64,000 nt of DNA, taken from positions 26,953 to 90,952 of the IMG/VR virus record IMGVR_UViG_3300025853_000045; one strand, 5' to 3'. Source of the stretch: a virus. Numbering within the stretch: the stretch's first letter is position 1; each line of letters begins with the position of its first letter. A program made the translations under genes and the position numbers. Positions 1 to 9,037 of this stretch are shown here, piece by piece. Below the pieces are notes generated by a model. The model did not search any database. It was not told the DNA's origin and saw nothing but the letters and a program-made list of their open reading frames with translations.

Positions 1-1
1 T

Positions 2-3000
2 CTTGTCGTGGAACGGACTTTGTTCATCGTTGTCTTGGTAAAGATGTGAATTCGCGCCAATGCTGTTGATTTTTTGCATCAGAAAATCGCGCTCGACATC
101 ATCCTTTGTAAATTTCAATTGTTCAACATACGCTTCGGTATCGTTTTGAGCAAGAGAATGTTCATCGGGGGCTATCACATATTCGACACCGTCAATCGTT
201 CCGAACTTCTTGGCTTTATCGACCGTCGTCATCGCTTGATTCACACGCTTTCCTAACGCTTGCATGTTGCCATCGTAATCATCATCAAGCGTGATGAGTT
301 CTTGTTTCAACTCTTTGTCGGTCAACCCACCGTGAGAAATGGGTGAAGGTAAGACGTATTCATTGTTTGAGTAGCGCGTATCAAGATATTTTTGATAATC
401 CTCAAGCGAATAAATGGAGTAGCGCATCGGTTGAGAGCCAATTTGTGTGTCAAACAATTCGGAATTGATTCTGTCAGAATCGCGAACTCTCCCTGTCGGG
501 TCAGTTCGATTCATTGATTTGTATTGACCTTTCTTCCAAGCATCGAGCGCGTCGTCGTCGTGAACGTCGAGAGGTTCGTGCGCGCCCAACAAACCAATAC
601 CAATAGCCAAACGATGTTGAGGATTGTTGCGGTCGTGATTTAACCGCGCAACATCCTGAACGCCTTGCATCAACTGTTCAGCAAAGAACAATCGGTCGTG
701 ACCTTTGCTGTCAGCGTTATCGCGTAACAATTGCATCCTCGCCATAGGATAAGGTGAGACGGTGTCTCGCTCTTCACGCAGTCCGTCGAGACCCATCATC
801 GACATTTCGTCCATAGGGTCAGACATGAAATGAGCCTCCGAGCCGACAAAAGGCGTGAGTGAATCGCTCGTCACTCGTCGTAAGAGTGGCATACCACGCG
901 TGTAATCTTCCATCTCTTCTCCGACAAATTCTTCGGTATCACGCATCGGTCTTTTGCGCTCTCTTAACCGTATGCGAACTTCATTACCTGCCTCAAATTG
1001 CTCAACCAATCGCTCCGTTTCTTCTTCTCCGTATCCGTTCCTTTGTGCTGTATTCCGAAGGCGCGTCTTTTGCTGTTCGTTCAATGCTTCATCTTTCTCG
1101 TTGGGTTTGAACGTATCCATAAGGGCTTCGCGCATTCTTCCTTTTTTCCTTCCGTATTTTGTTCCGAGAGCCTTCCCTTTGACATCTTGTCGGAATGCAG
1201 GAAGAACGTTGCGCACAGGTAAATCTTCAAACCAAACACCCGGCATCGCGCCTTCTCTTAATTGTGGGAAATCATCAAAGTCGAAATCAAAATTACCTCC
1301 ACCTCCACCCATAACGTCCATGAGCATACCGTATGCCGTCATTTCGTGACGTGCGTCGTCAGGGTGTAGCCAATCTTCATCGTTGGTGTGCGTGTAGTGC
1401 AAATCGCTCATACTGTCCAACAACGTGTCGATTTTAGCCTCGCTGACTTTCGTTGTCGCGGCTTGATGAGCAAATGCTTGTTTGAATTTTTTGCCACTTT
1501 CTGTTTTGAAAAATCCGTGTTCAGCGAGTGCTTTCAAATCTTCAATTGTCATGTCGTCTTCCATCTCAATCGAATCTTCACCGAAAAAATCGTTCTTGAC
1601 GATTTTAGGAAACATACCATGACCATAGACTGCTAAATCATTCGCGTCGGCGTATTCATCAAGTGCGTCATTCAACTCGTCCGAATCATTCATCGCCTCA
1701 AACGTTCGCTTCATAACATCTTGACTTAAATTTCGATAACGTCCTTCTGTAAAGTCGTTTGCAAATTTGTCGATTCTTTCATTCGGTGCGCTGTCGATTG
1801 CTTGTTTAGCGGTGCTGTCGTTAAGATAACGGTTTGGCGTAACGTGAGTGAATCCTCGTCGTAAAGACCCTCCTGAATACATATCGCGTAGCGCAGTCTT
1901 CATCAAACGATTATGCAACGCCATGTAGCCCAATACGTCATTGAAATTGTTTCCAACAATTTTCTTCAAATCAGATGGATTTTGCGCGCCGTTCAACTTC
2001 CAATAAGTGATGTCGCGTTGCATATCGGCAGGGAGCATATACACACCATCGACGTAAGCATCTGTGCCTGTTCGTTCATGCGAAGGTATGACCCATCGTC
2101 CATCGTCTGTTTGTATGCGAACATCGTCTTTCACAGCCTGATGAAGGGATACACCCGCACCTTCTTTCACTTGAAGATTATTCTCGTCGATGGCTTGTTT
2201 GAAGATGTAATCTCGCGGAAGACCCTCATTCTCCCATTGTTTACACCATACAAAAAGAGGTTTCATAATCTCGGACTCTTCACCGAATTTTTCAACGAAA
2301 TCCTTTTTGAAATCTTGATAGCCGATGTCAAACATTTTTTCGATGGTAAAATTCTGACCACTCCAATTGCCGAGTATGGTGTCTTTTCTCAACGATGGAT
2401 GCAATTTTTTCGCGGCTTGCATCATTTTTTTGTTGAATTGAGAAGCGAGAGCGTGAGGTGGTGAAAACATAGCACGCATGAGTTGTTGGAAAATTGGTTT
2501 GCTATGATACGACGGTATGTCGTCTTCATATGTTGGGTGAAGGTTGAGCGCATGAATAGGGTGGTGAGGGTGTGTGATGTCCTCTTCATCGTAGTCTTCG
2601 GTGTTCGGACGAGTTTGCATACGCCAACCGTGTGCTTTTCGCGTCATTGCGTCGATAGCACTTTGGTTGTTTTCATCGTGTGCTTTCACCCAATCATCAA
2701 CATGAAAAAGACGGATTGCACGATGTTGCGGTCGACGCGCAGGTTCATGTTTTGTTGAGCGCGAAGTTACAACTTTGGATTGTTGAAACGAATCAACAGG
2801 GATTTCGTCGATTGGATTGTCAACTTTTTGTCGCAAAGCATCCCTACTTCGCTTCATCTGTCGAAGATACTTCTTCGCGTCTTTCAGAACAGGTATGGTT
2901 GTAACACCTTCATTGCGCAAATTCTGTGCGCTCATTAAGACATTGACTGCTTCGTCGCTCGCGTCACCTTTGAGTAGTGCGTCGTAAAAGTCGCTCACCA

Positions 3001-3034
3001 TTCTCGCATGGTATTGCAATGCATTTTCACGCAC
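2..3034 (-). CDS. Large hypothetical virion-associated protein, >1010 aa, truncated by the left window edge
   Basis: Absent from the ORF track because there is no stop in the window. GTG at 3034 follows a GAGGTGGTGA RBS and reads (M)RENALQYHARMVSDFYDALLKGDASDEAV. The frame was spot-checked open at both ends (...IGANSHLYQDNDEQSPFHDK at the edge), not codon by codon. Confidence 0.8.
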   Translation of the reverse strand, partial: MRENALQYHARMVSDFYDALLKGDASDEAVNVLMSAQNLRNEGVTTIPVLKDAKKYLRQMKRSRDALRQKVDNPIDEIPVDSFQQSKVVTSRSTKHEPARRPQHRAIRLFHVDDWVKAHDENNQSAIDAMTRKAHGWRMQTRPNTEDYDEEDITHPHHPIHALNLHPTYEDDIPSYHSKPIFQQLMRAMFSPPHALASQFNKKMMQAAKKLHPSLRKDTILGNWSGQNFTIEKMFDIGYQDFKKDFVEKFGEESEIMKPLFVWCKQWENEGLPRDYIFKQAIDENNLQVKEGAGVSLHQAVKDDVRIQTDDGRWVIPSHERTGTDAYVDGVYMLPADMQRDITYWKLNGAQNPSDLKKIVGNNFNDVLGYMALHNRLMKTALRDMYSGGSLRRGFTHVTPNRYLNDSTAKQAIDSAPNERIDKFANDFTEGRYRNLSQDVMKRTFEAMNDSDELNDALDEYADANDLAVYGHGMFPKIVKNDFFGEDSIEMEDDMTIEDLKALAEHGFFKTESGKKFKQAFAHQAATTKVSEAKIDTLLDSMSDLHYTHTNDEDWLHPDDARHEMTAYGMLMDVMGGGGGNFDFDFDDFPQLREGAMPGVWFEDLPVRNVLPAFRQDVKGKALGTKYGRKKGRMREALMDTFKPNEKDEALNEQQKTRLRNTAQRNGYGEEETERLVEQFEAGNEVRIRLRERKRPMRDTEEFVGEEMEDYTRGMPLLRRVTSDSLTPFVGSEAHFMSDPMDEMSMMGLDGLREERDTVSPYPMARMQLLRDNADSKGHDRLFFAEQLMQGVQDVARLNHDRNNPQHRLAIGIGLLGAHEPLDVHDDDALDAWKKGQYKSMNRTDPTGRVRDSDRINSELFDTQIGSQPMRYSIYSLEDYQKYLDTRYSNNEYVLPSPISHGGLTDKELKQELITLDDDYDGNMQALGKRVNQAMTTVDKAKKFGTIDGVEYVIAPDEHSLAQNDTEAYVEQLKFTKDDVERDFLMQKINSIGANSHLYQDNDEQSPFHDK

Positions 3035-3045
3035 ACTTCACCACC

Positions 3046-3396
3046 TCAAGAATAATCGGTGATTGAATACGCTCCTTCAGGATTCTTGTCAGATGGGTCG
3101 CCTTTCTTGTTTTCGTGCGCTTCAAGAGTGTTCGGATGGCCGATAGGTGTGAATTTGATTTCTTCTTTCTTCGGAGCAGTTCGCGATACATCTTCTGTGG
3201 TGATGCGTCGTTGATTGGTGTCGTAGTATCCTGTGCGAACAGGTTCAACACCTGTTACATTCGCGAAAAGGTCAGCACTTTCTGTGCCGAAGTCTTTGGT
3301 TTCTTTGTCGACTTTTTCAATCAAATCGTTGGCTTGCTTGATAAGTTCATCAACGTCAGGCGCGAGTTGTCCTGCTTCGACTTTCATTGGTTTCAT
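3046..3396 (-). CDS. Hypothetical protein (116 aa), head-morphogenesis region
   Basis: ORF with GGAGG RBS and ATGA overlap with the upstream gene. Confidence 0.75.
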   Translation of the reverse strand: MKPMKVEAGQLAPDVDELIKQANDLIEKVDKETKDFGTESADLFANVTGVEPVRTGYYDTNQRRITTEDVSRTAPKKEEIKFTPIGHPNTLEAHENKKGDPSDKNPEGAYSITDYS

Positions 3397-3743
3397 TGGT
3401 CAATCCTCCTTCCTTCTGCTTCGGCGGCTGTATTTGCCATTGCGTGAATTTCGTCCCATGACATATCGTGCCATTCTTCGTTTGATTCAGGCATCGACAT
3501 ACCTACGTCGTCAATGGCGGCGGCGGCTTTACTGATAACATTGTCACGGTCTCCGCGAAGTGGGTCGCCCCACACATCTTCATTCGCAGGAGTGTTGGCT
3601 CGGACAAAGCCCGCGCGCTTGAGTAACAGTTCAGGTGTATCCATACTTTTTCGCATCGACGTGATTTCAGCATCCATCGACTCCATTTTACTGATGAGTG
3701 CTTTCATCAGTATCATAGCATCGGTTTGCTCACTCACGCTCAC
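3393..3743 (-). CDS. Hypothetical protein (116 aa), N-terminal coiled coil
   Basis: ORF overlapping both neighbours by 4 bp. Confidence 0.75.
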   Translation of the reverse strand: MSVSEQTDAMILMKALISKMESMDAEITSMRKSMDTPELLLKRAGFVRANTPANEDVWGDPLRGDRDNVISKAAAAIDDVGMSMPESNEEWHDMSWDEIHAMANTAAEAEGRRIDQ

Positions 3744-4078
3744 ACCTGACCTTGCTTCTTGAAGTGTGAACCAATGCGGTCAGGTCCGATGTATCCCATA
3801 GGTCGTTCGCTCTTCGCGATGACGCCTTGAGTGCTGTTGAATTGAGCGACAGGGAAGCCACCTGCGAATCGGTCGTTGACACCGAGAACACGGTCGCCGC
3901 CTTGTTCGGACTTGTAAATTTGACCCACGTCATCCGCGAGATAATCACTTGTGGATTGGATACTGCGAAGAAATTGTTCGGCTGAAACGAGGTCGTTGTT
4001 TGCAAGCGCGACCTTGAATTCAGATAGCGCGGTTTCCAATTTGCGAACCATCGGGTCCATCTTTTGCAATAGGCTCAT
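3740..4078 (-). CDS. Hypothetical protein (112 aa, MSLLQKMDP...)
   Basis: Start moved to ATG 4078 because the longer ORF overlaps the portal gene. A TATA-like CTTAAAG lies about 25 nt upstream. Confidence 0.75.
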   Translation of the reverse strand: MSLLQKMDPMVRKLETALSEFKVALANNDLVSAEQFLRSIQSTSDYLADDVGQIYKSEQGGDRVLGVNDRFAGGFPVAQFNSTQGVIAKSERPMGYIGPDRIGSHFKKQGQV

Positions 4079-4115
4079 ACGGTTTACGAGGAAAGCCCAC
4101 GCCTTTAAGTTATCC

Positions 4116-5945
4116 CTAAAATCCGCTTTCTTTCTGTTTCGCGGTTGGGTCTTTCGCGGCTTGAACGCTGTCGAGTGCTTCCTCAATTGGTGTCTTCTTC
4201 GCACCACGTTGATTTTTCTTCGTGGATGGTGCGCCTGATTGGTGTGTTTCTGAACTGATAGGTGCAGGTCCACGTTCGCGCAGTCCTTCGCTTTCACCCA
4301 ATCCGAGTGCTTTCTCCATCATCATAATCTGACCACTGCCGGGTGGAGCCGCTCCGCCGGGAGGCGAAGCCCCTGCCCCCTGTGGCATCATCGCGCCCCC
4401 ACCCATAGGAGGTCCGCCACCACCGGGCGGCATTGGTGGAGGCATACCACCTGCCCCCATAGGTGGCATTCCTCCGCCACCCATACCACCTGCTTGTTGT
4501 TGTTGCATGGCTTCCTGCGGGTCAGGTTTCTTGTAAACGAAGCGTATGTCGCGACCTGCATCTTCGGTCAATTCGGGTTGGAATCCGAGTTGTTGCATAC
4601 GCTGTGCGATATTGACTTCTTGCTCATCGCGTCGAAGTCGTGTGATTTCATCTTCTTCTTCGTTTGGATAAAGTGTAAGCGACCAATGATGAACACCCAT
4701 TTGGTCGAGCAAACGCGGGAACAGTTCGCGCGAATACAACTTCTGTCCTGATTCGACAGCACGATTGGTAACGAGGATTTGCATACCTTCATTGTTCAAC
4801 CCTCCTGATTTACCTGCGTCCATCATGAACACATTCGATACACCGTAAAATGCGGCAATACGCATTCGTATTTCATCACGAACCTGTGCGTATTGCATCT
4901 CATCGAGACTGTCCATGAAACGAACAAACTCAACTTTACCGCGACCTGATGAAGACTCAACACCAACCTTCGGAATATAGTGTGGGTCACGCTCCATCTT
5001 TTCTTCCGCGCCTTTCCAAAACGAAGCGGTGGATTGGATGTTGTCGGTTGTGATGGCGAGAACACCGCGAGGTATTCGTCGCTTTTGATATGCGAGGTAA
5101 ATGTAATTGTCCATCGCTGTAAGCGACTGTGCTTGACGCCACATGCTCGCGACGGGTGAACGCCCATACAACTTCGATGGGTTGAATTTAGACAGATGCA
5201 ACACTTCTCCGTCAACATAGTATTGCGTTTTACCGCTCCCTGCTGTGTTGATGTAGTGAACGTCTTGAAGTGGTAAAGAACAAACGTCGCACTTTTTGTG
5301 GTCGCCGTTGTGAGGGTAAGTTTTGTCTCGGTGAATAGGACATATGAGGTATCGTCCTCCGCGCTTCCCTGCTTTGTCAGCCACGATGCGCATGAAGGTT
5401 GGGTCTCCGCGAACCAATTCTTTGACGCGGTAAAATTCAATCTCACCGCTTTGTGGGTCGATGAAGTATTCCTTGATGAGCAACAAGAACGCGTCGTCGA
5501 CGATGTTCAAATCCCATTCAATCTCTTTCATGACTTCAATAAACGATTGGTCCATGCTGTTGCGCTGTTTCATCAACCATCGCGGATACAAAATTTGGTC
5601 AGCATCAGGGCTTTCAAATTCTTCGTTGCCGCATATCCGACATTGCGACACAGTATCGTGTTGATATTCTTCTTCACAGTTCGTGCATTTCTTGTGGAAT
5701 TTCTTTTCCCAATAATAACCGCGACGAAATATCTCTTGACATAGCGTGTTGATGGTTGTTCGGAGGATGATTGATTCTTGAACAGTCGCGTAAAGTGCAG
5801 GGATTGAAACACCTTGAACGAGAACAGGCTCTTGAATACCCGTCTTCCAAAGCGGCATCTGTGGTTCAGGCGTTGTTCGACGACTGAACGGCTTGGTCAA
5901 TCTCGACAAAAAACGACCGACTAAGCCTTTCTCTTCTGCCATCAA
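4116..5945 (-). CDS. Portal protein with two Cys-rich (Zn-ribbon-like) insertions and a G/P/M-rich C-terminal tail
   Basis: Portal-like segments LYGRSPVASMW, RIPRGVLAI and IRMRIAAFYGVSNVFM; 609 aa; close to the terminase gene. Confidence 0.85.
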   Translation of the reverse strand: MMAEEKGLVGRFLSRLTKPFSRRTTPEPQMPLWKTGIQEPVLVQGVSIPALYATVQESIILRTTINTLCQEIFRRGYYWEKKFHKKCTNCEEEYQHDTVSQCRICGNEEFESPDADQILYPRWLMKQRNSMDQSFIEVMKEIEWDLNIVDDAFLLLIKEYFIDPQSGEIEFYRVKELVRGDPTFMRIVADKAGKRGGRYLICPIHRDKTYPHNGDHKKCDVCSLPLQDVHYINTAGSGKTQYYVDGEVLHLSKFNPSKLYGRSPVASMWRQAQSLTAMDNYIYLAYQKRRIPRGVLAITTDNIQSTASFWKGAEEKMERDPHYIPKVGVESSSGRGKVEFVRFMDSLDEMQYAQVRDEIRMRIAAFYGVSNVFMMDAGKSGGLNNEGMQILVTNRAVESGQKLYSRELFPRLLDQMGVHHWSLTLYPNEEEDEITRLRRDEQEVNIAQRMQQLGFQPELTEDAGRDIRFVYKKPDPQEAMQQQQAGGMGGGGMPPMGAGGMPPPMPPGGGGPPMGGGAMMPQGAGASPPGGAAPPGSGQIMMMEKALGLGESEGLRERGPAPISSETHQSGAPSTKKNQRGAKKTPIEEALDSVQAAKDPTAKQKESGF

Positions 5946-7342
5946 ATCATCTCCACAAGTCGGTTCGCGTCATCGACAAGACGTAGCGTTTCGCCGTCTC
6001 GCTCAAACATCGCATGGACTCCCGCTTCATCAATGTTCCACTCTTTGAGAAGTTCAGCGCGCTTATCAGGAACGTCACGCCAATTCAACCACTTCACCAT
6101 TTTGTATAGGTCGTCTCTTCTCGACTTAACGATGTCGGTTTTTCTTCCTCGCAAATCAAGCAATTCAATAACAGCACTCGCTTGCCCTTTCTTCATTCGC
6201 AAATGAGGCGCGATACCTTTCAACAATGTTCGTAAATCATTTTCGCTGTAAAATTGCAACCGATGTTGCGTCCGTCGACTGTTTTTGTGTATCTTCAAAT
6301 CTGTTTGCAACACACCACATTCGAGTGCTTTATGCAATCGCTCGCAATGCAACTTACCACGCTCTCCTGTGGCGATGAAACCTGCTCGCGGCTCCATGCG
6401 CTTTGTAATCGTGATGTATCCGTCAGCGTCAAGAAAACCCGCCGCATACGCCCATACATCTTTGAAAATCACATTGTTATCGCGAACGATTCCCCAATTG
6501 TTACCAATCTTTTCGATGTCGTATTCGACACCATGCATCTTGAAAAGCGCACTTAATTTAGAAGGAGAAGTGTGTTTCGTTCCTTCCATAGAAGCAAAGA
6601 TTTCGTTTGAAGGTAAAGGTCCGCGCCTTTCAAGAATTGTAACGGCTTTAGTGAGAAAAACAGCATCGGTCTTTTTGATGTTGTCAATTGAATGTAACGT
6701 GTTTCTCCATTCTTTTTTCGCGTTCTTCTTCAACTGTTGAGCATCGACCCACATTTGACGTTGGTCATCGGTGAAATCACCTTCGATGAGTAACAACTTG
6801 CTGATGGTATCATTGGCTTTCTCCCATTGAACGCACGCACGTCGAAGAGCATATTCGCGAGTCTGACCGTGTTTGCGGAGTGCTTGTAAATCACGTTCGC
6901 TGATTCCTAAATTGCGAACGGTTGGTTCGTGTTTACCAATCCATTCGATGGATTGCAACGTTGCCTCAACTTCCTGCCTTTTTGCGATACGAATAGCGTC
7001 AATGGCTTCGTCGATAGCGTCACGCATACCTTTGTTGATACGGCGCGCCATTCTCAAATCTTTAACAAGTTCTTCCGCGCCTCGACCAAACATTGACTGA
7101 AACCAACCACCATCAGGGAGCGAACGTTTGAGTTGTTGTTTGATTTTATTCGTCATCTCTTCTTCTTCTTCGCGCTTCTTGTTTTCATCGACGAGTGGTG
7201 GTGTTGGATTAGCGTTGACTTCACCACCACCCTGACTGATGGTTTGAGGTGCGTCGCCAAACGAAGCACCGCGAATCTGATTTTTCAACAAAGGATGAGA
7301 ACGAACAATGTCAGAAATGTCGTTCAAGTTAATTTGTGCCAT
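5942..7342 (-). CDS. Protein with a C-terminal LAGLIDADG homing-endonuclease domain fused to a helical N-terminal region
   Basis: YAAGFLDADGYITI motif. ATG 7342 follows a GGAGG RBS. Confidence 0.8.
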   Translation of the reverse strand: MAQINLNDISDIVRSHPLLKNQIRGASFGDAPQTISQGGGEVNANPTPPLVDENKKREEEEEMTNKIKQQLKRSLPDGGWFQSMFGRGAEELVKDLRMARRINKGMRDAIDEAIDAIRIAKRQEVEATLQSIEWIGKHEPTVRNLGISERDLQALRKHGQTREYALRRACVQWEKANDTISKLLLIEGDFTDDQRQMWVDAQQLKKNAKKEWRNTLHSIDNIKKTDAVFLTKAVTILERRGPLPSNEIFASMEGTKHTSPSKLSALFKMHGVEYDIEKIGNNWGIVRDNNVIFKDVWAYAAGFLDADGYITITKRMEPRAGFIATGERGKLHCERLHKALECGVLQTDLKIHKNSRRTQHRLQFYSENDLRTLLKGIAPHLRMKKGQASAVIELLDLRGRKTDIVKSRRDDLYKMVKWLNWRDVPDKRAELLKEWNIDEAGVHAMFERDGETLRLVDDANRLVEMI

Positions 7343-7464
7343 TGTCCTCCATTCGCATTCAACGGTTTTCCATGCGCTGTCCAACATAATTCGCAAAACC
7401 CAAACGGTCTTTCACCTTCCATGTAGCATATACCGCAAAACATGAAATTGTGATTAGCAACCAT

Positions 7465-7881
7465 TCAACAATTCCACCGTTTCAACGCCGCTCCTTTCGG
7501 GGTCAACTTACCCTTTTTGGAAGTAGGACCTTTGACGCCACCCATCCGCGCACAAAAAGACTTACGGCGTTTAGCCTTCTTAGAACCCGCTTTCAATTTA
7601 CTTGGTTTGGTCGTCACAGGAGGTTTGAGATTTGAGCCTTGTTCACGCTTTGCTTTAGCGCGCCCTTTCGCATTCAGTCCACCTTTACGATGATGCCTGT
7701 TGGGATTGTATCCGTGAAACGGTTTGCTCTTTTTCTTCGCTTTGAGAACGCTATTCGCGATGTCAAACGGCGAACAACATGTGCAAAACGACACTTCTTT
7801 CGCGATGTCTTCGTCGTTCATCATTGCTAATTCTTCGGCTGTTATTGGTTCATCGTGGTATATGTATTCGTATTCTGTCAT
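7465..7881 (-). CDS. Small basic virion-type protein (DUF6321-like domain)
   Basis: KGGLNAKGRAK...NLKPPV...RRKSFCARMGG...ALKRWNC is a recurrent phage domain; the family name is from recall. Confidence 0.7.
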   Translation of the reverse strand: MTEYEYIYHDEPITAEELAMMNDEDIAKEVSFCTCCSPFDIANSVLKAKKKSKPFHGYNPNRHHRKGGLNAKGRAKAKREQGSNLKPPVTTKPSKLKAGSKKAKRRKSFCARMGGVKGPTSKKGKLTPKGAALKRWNC

Positions 7882-7885
7882 GTTA

Positions 7886-8344
7886 TCAACTTCCTGTGTT
7901 GTGATATGCACCGCATCCTATAACTCGCGAACGACCGTTTTCATAGACTACTCGGTAGCAACGATAAGCGCGAAGGCCGTATTCCCGCTGAATCCGCAAT
8001 GCCTCTTGTTCGGAGCGAGGCTCTTTCCCATCGGGGCATTGATTGGCCTTCATGAAGACCCACGCCTCGTTCATCGCTTTAACGATGGTGGGCTTTCCGC
8101 CTACGCCCTGCTTTTTGCTACGCTTGCGTTTTGTCGCCGCGCGCTTTTGACCTGACGTCATCGAACCGCTTGTCTTTGGCGTCTTACTTGAAACTTTGAC
8201 GGATGGTCGACACTTCGGATAACCCTTTGAAGAAGTCTTGGCTTTGCTTCGGCCACATGGAGGATGCTTACCATCCTTACCTGTGCGCGAAACATCCACC
8301 CACTTCTCCTTGAACCAACGGTTCAAGTTCTTCTCAACCGTCAT
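7886..8344 (-). CDS. Small basic protein (LNRWFKEKWVD...CGR...YPKCRP domain plus a second module)
   Basis: Recurrent phage motif; ATGA overlap with the upstream gene. Confidence 0.7.
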   Translation of the reverse strand: MTVEKNLNRWFKEKWVDVSRTGKDGKHPPCGRSKAKTSSKGYPKCRPSVKVSSKTPKTSGSMTSGQKRAATKRKRSKKQGVGGKPTIVKAMNEAWVFMKANQCPDGKEPRSEQEALRIQREYGLRAYRCYRVVYENGRSRVIGCGAYHNTGS

Positions 8345-8544
8345 TTTTTCGCCCACGCATCACAAGTGTAGTCTTTGTTGCAAGTGAAATCATACCACTT
8401 GCAGTAGCCCGTTTGAGGGTCTTCTGTTGCTGAATCATCCCACGCTTTACAATTGCCACAGCACTTGCTACTTTCACAAGGGCGATAATTTGGCGCGTCT
8501 TTCTTTGCTTTCATCAAAGCCCACGCATCTTCAAGAGGAATCAT
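8341..8544 (-). CDS. Small Cys-rich protein with a HiPIP-like pattern
   Basis: Y...CxNC...GYC...Y.CDAW spacing resembles high-potential iron-sulfur proteins. Confidence 0.55.
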   Translation of the reverse strand: MIPLEDAWALMKAKKDAPNYRPCESSKCCGNCKAWDDSATEDPQTGYCKWYDFTCNKDYTCDAWAKK

Positions 8545-8735
8545 TTCTTCTTCTTCCCTCCCTTCTTCTTGCGGAACTTACCGCGACAGTATTGAACAGC
8601 CCATCCATTCGCGTATGCTGATGGATACACCTTGAATTTGCGCTTCGCCGCCGCTTTACCTGCGGGACATAACTTCTTCTCAAGATAACCAAACGCCGCT
8701 TCTCCGCCTACACAGAATTCACAATCGCACGTCAT
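8541..8735 (-). CDS. Small basic protein (KRKFKVYPSAYAN motif)
   Basis: GAGGTGG RBS before ATG 8735; recurrent phage motif. Confidence 0.7.
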   Translation of the reverse strand: MTCDCEFCVGGEAAFGYLEKKLCPAGKAAAKRKFKVYPSAYANGWAVQYCRGKFRKKKGGKKKK

Positions 8736-8737
8736 TT

Positions 8738-9037
8738 TCAACCACCTCGACAAATAGGGCAGGGGTCGCCTTCAATTTGGCCCTTCCCTTGACAAGCGGG
8801 GCAGTTAGCATCACCGCTTGGTTGTTCAGTCATAAACCCTTGAAGAAATTGCATCATCTCGCGATTTTCGTCGGGCGTAAGAGGTGCGCGCAAGTTGGCA
8901 GGTTTTTGACAATGGTGATTATTCAAACCGTTTTCGCCGTAAAAATAGCGTTCGCATTTAGGACATTGCACTTTGCGACCGCCGCGCCCCTCATCTCCGA
9001 GAGGCATGTTTTTCAAAAAAAGCCACCAATCGCTCAA
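8738..9037 (-). CDS. Zn-finger protein (CxxC...HHC plus DnaJ-type CxxCxGxG)
   Basis: CPKC...NNHHC and CPACQGKG...CPIC. Confidence 0.7.
   Translation of the reverse strand: MSDWWLFLKNMPLGDEGRGGRKVQCPKCERYFYGENGLNNHHCQKPANLRAPLTPDENREMMQFLQGFMTEQPSGDANCPACQGKGQIEGDPCPICRGG

Noticed and set aside
74-2904. Plus-strand ORFs in the track
   Set aside because: Antisense shadows of the long minus-strand ORF 2-3034; no RBS and implausible composition. The same applies to most short opposite-strand ORFs across the window.
4330-4510. Collagen-like or mobile GC-rich insertion in the portal gene
   Set aside because: No Gly-X-Y periodicity; it is an in-frame low-complexity tail.
5942-7342. Intein or group I intron around the LAGLIDADG domain
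   Set aside because: No Cys/Ser...His-Asn splice motifs, and the flanking portal and terminase genes are uninterrupted.
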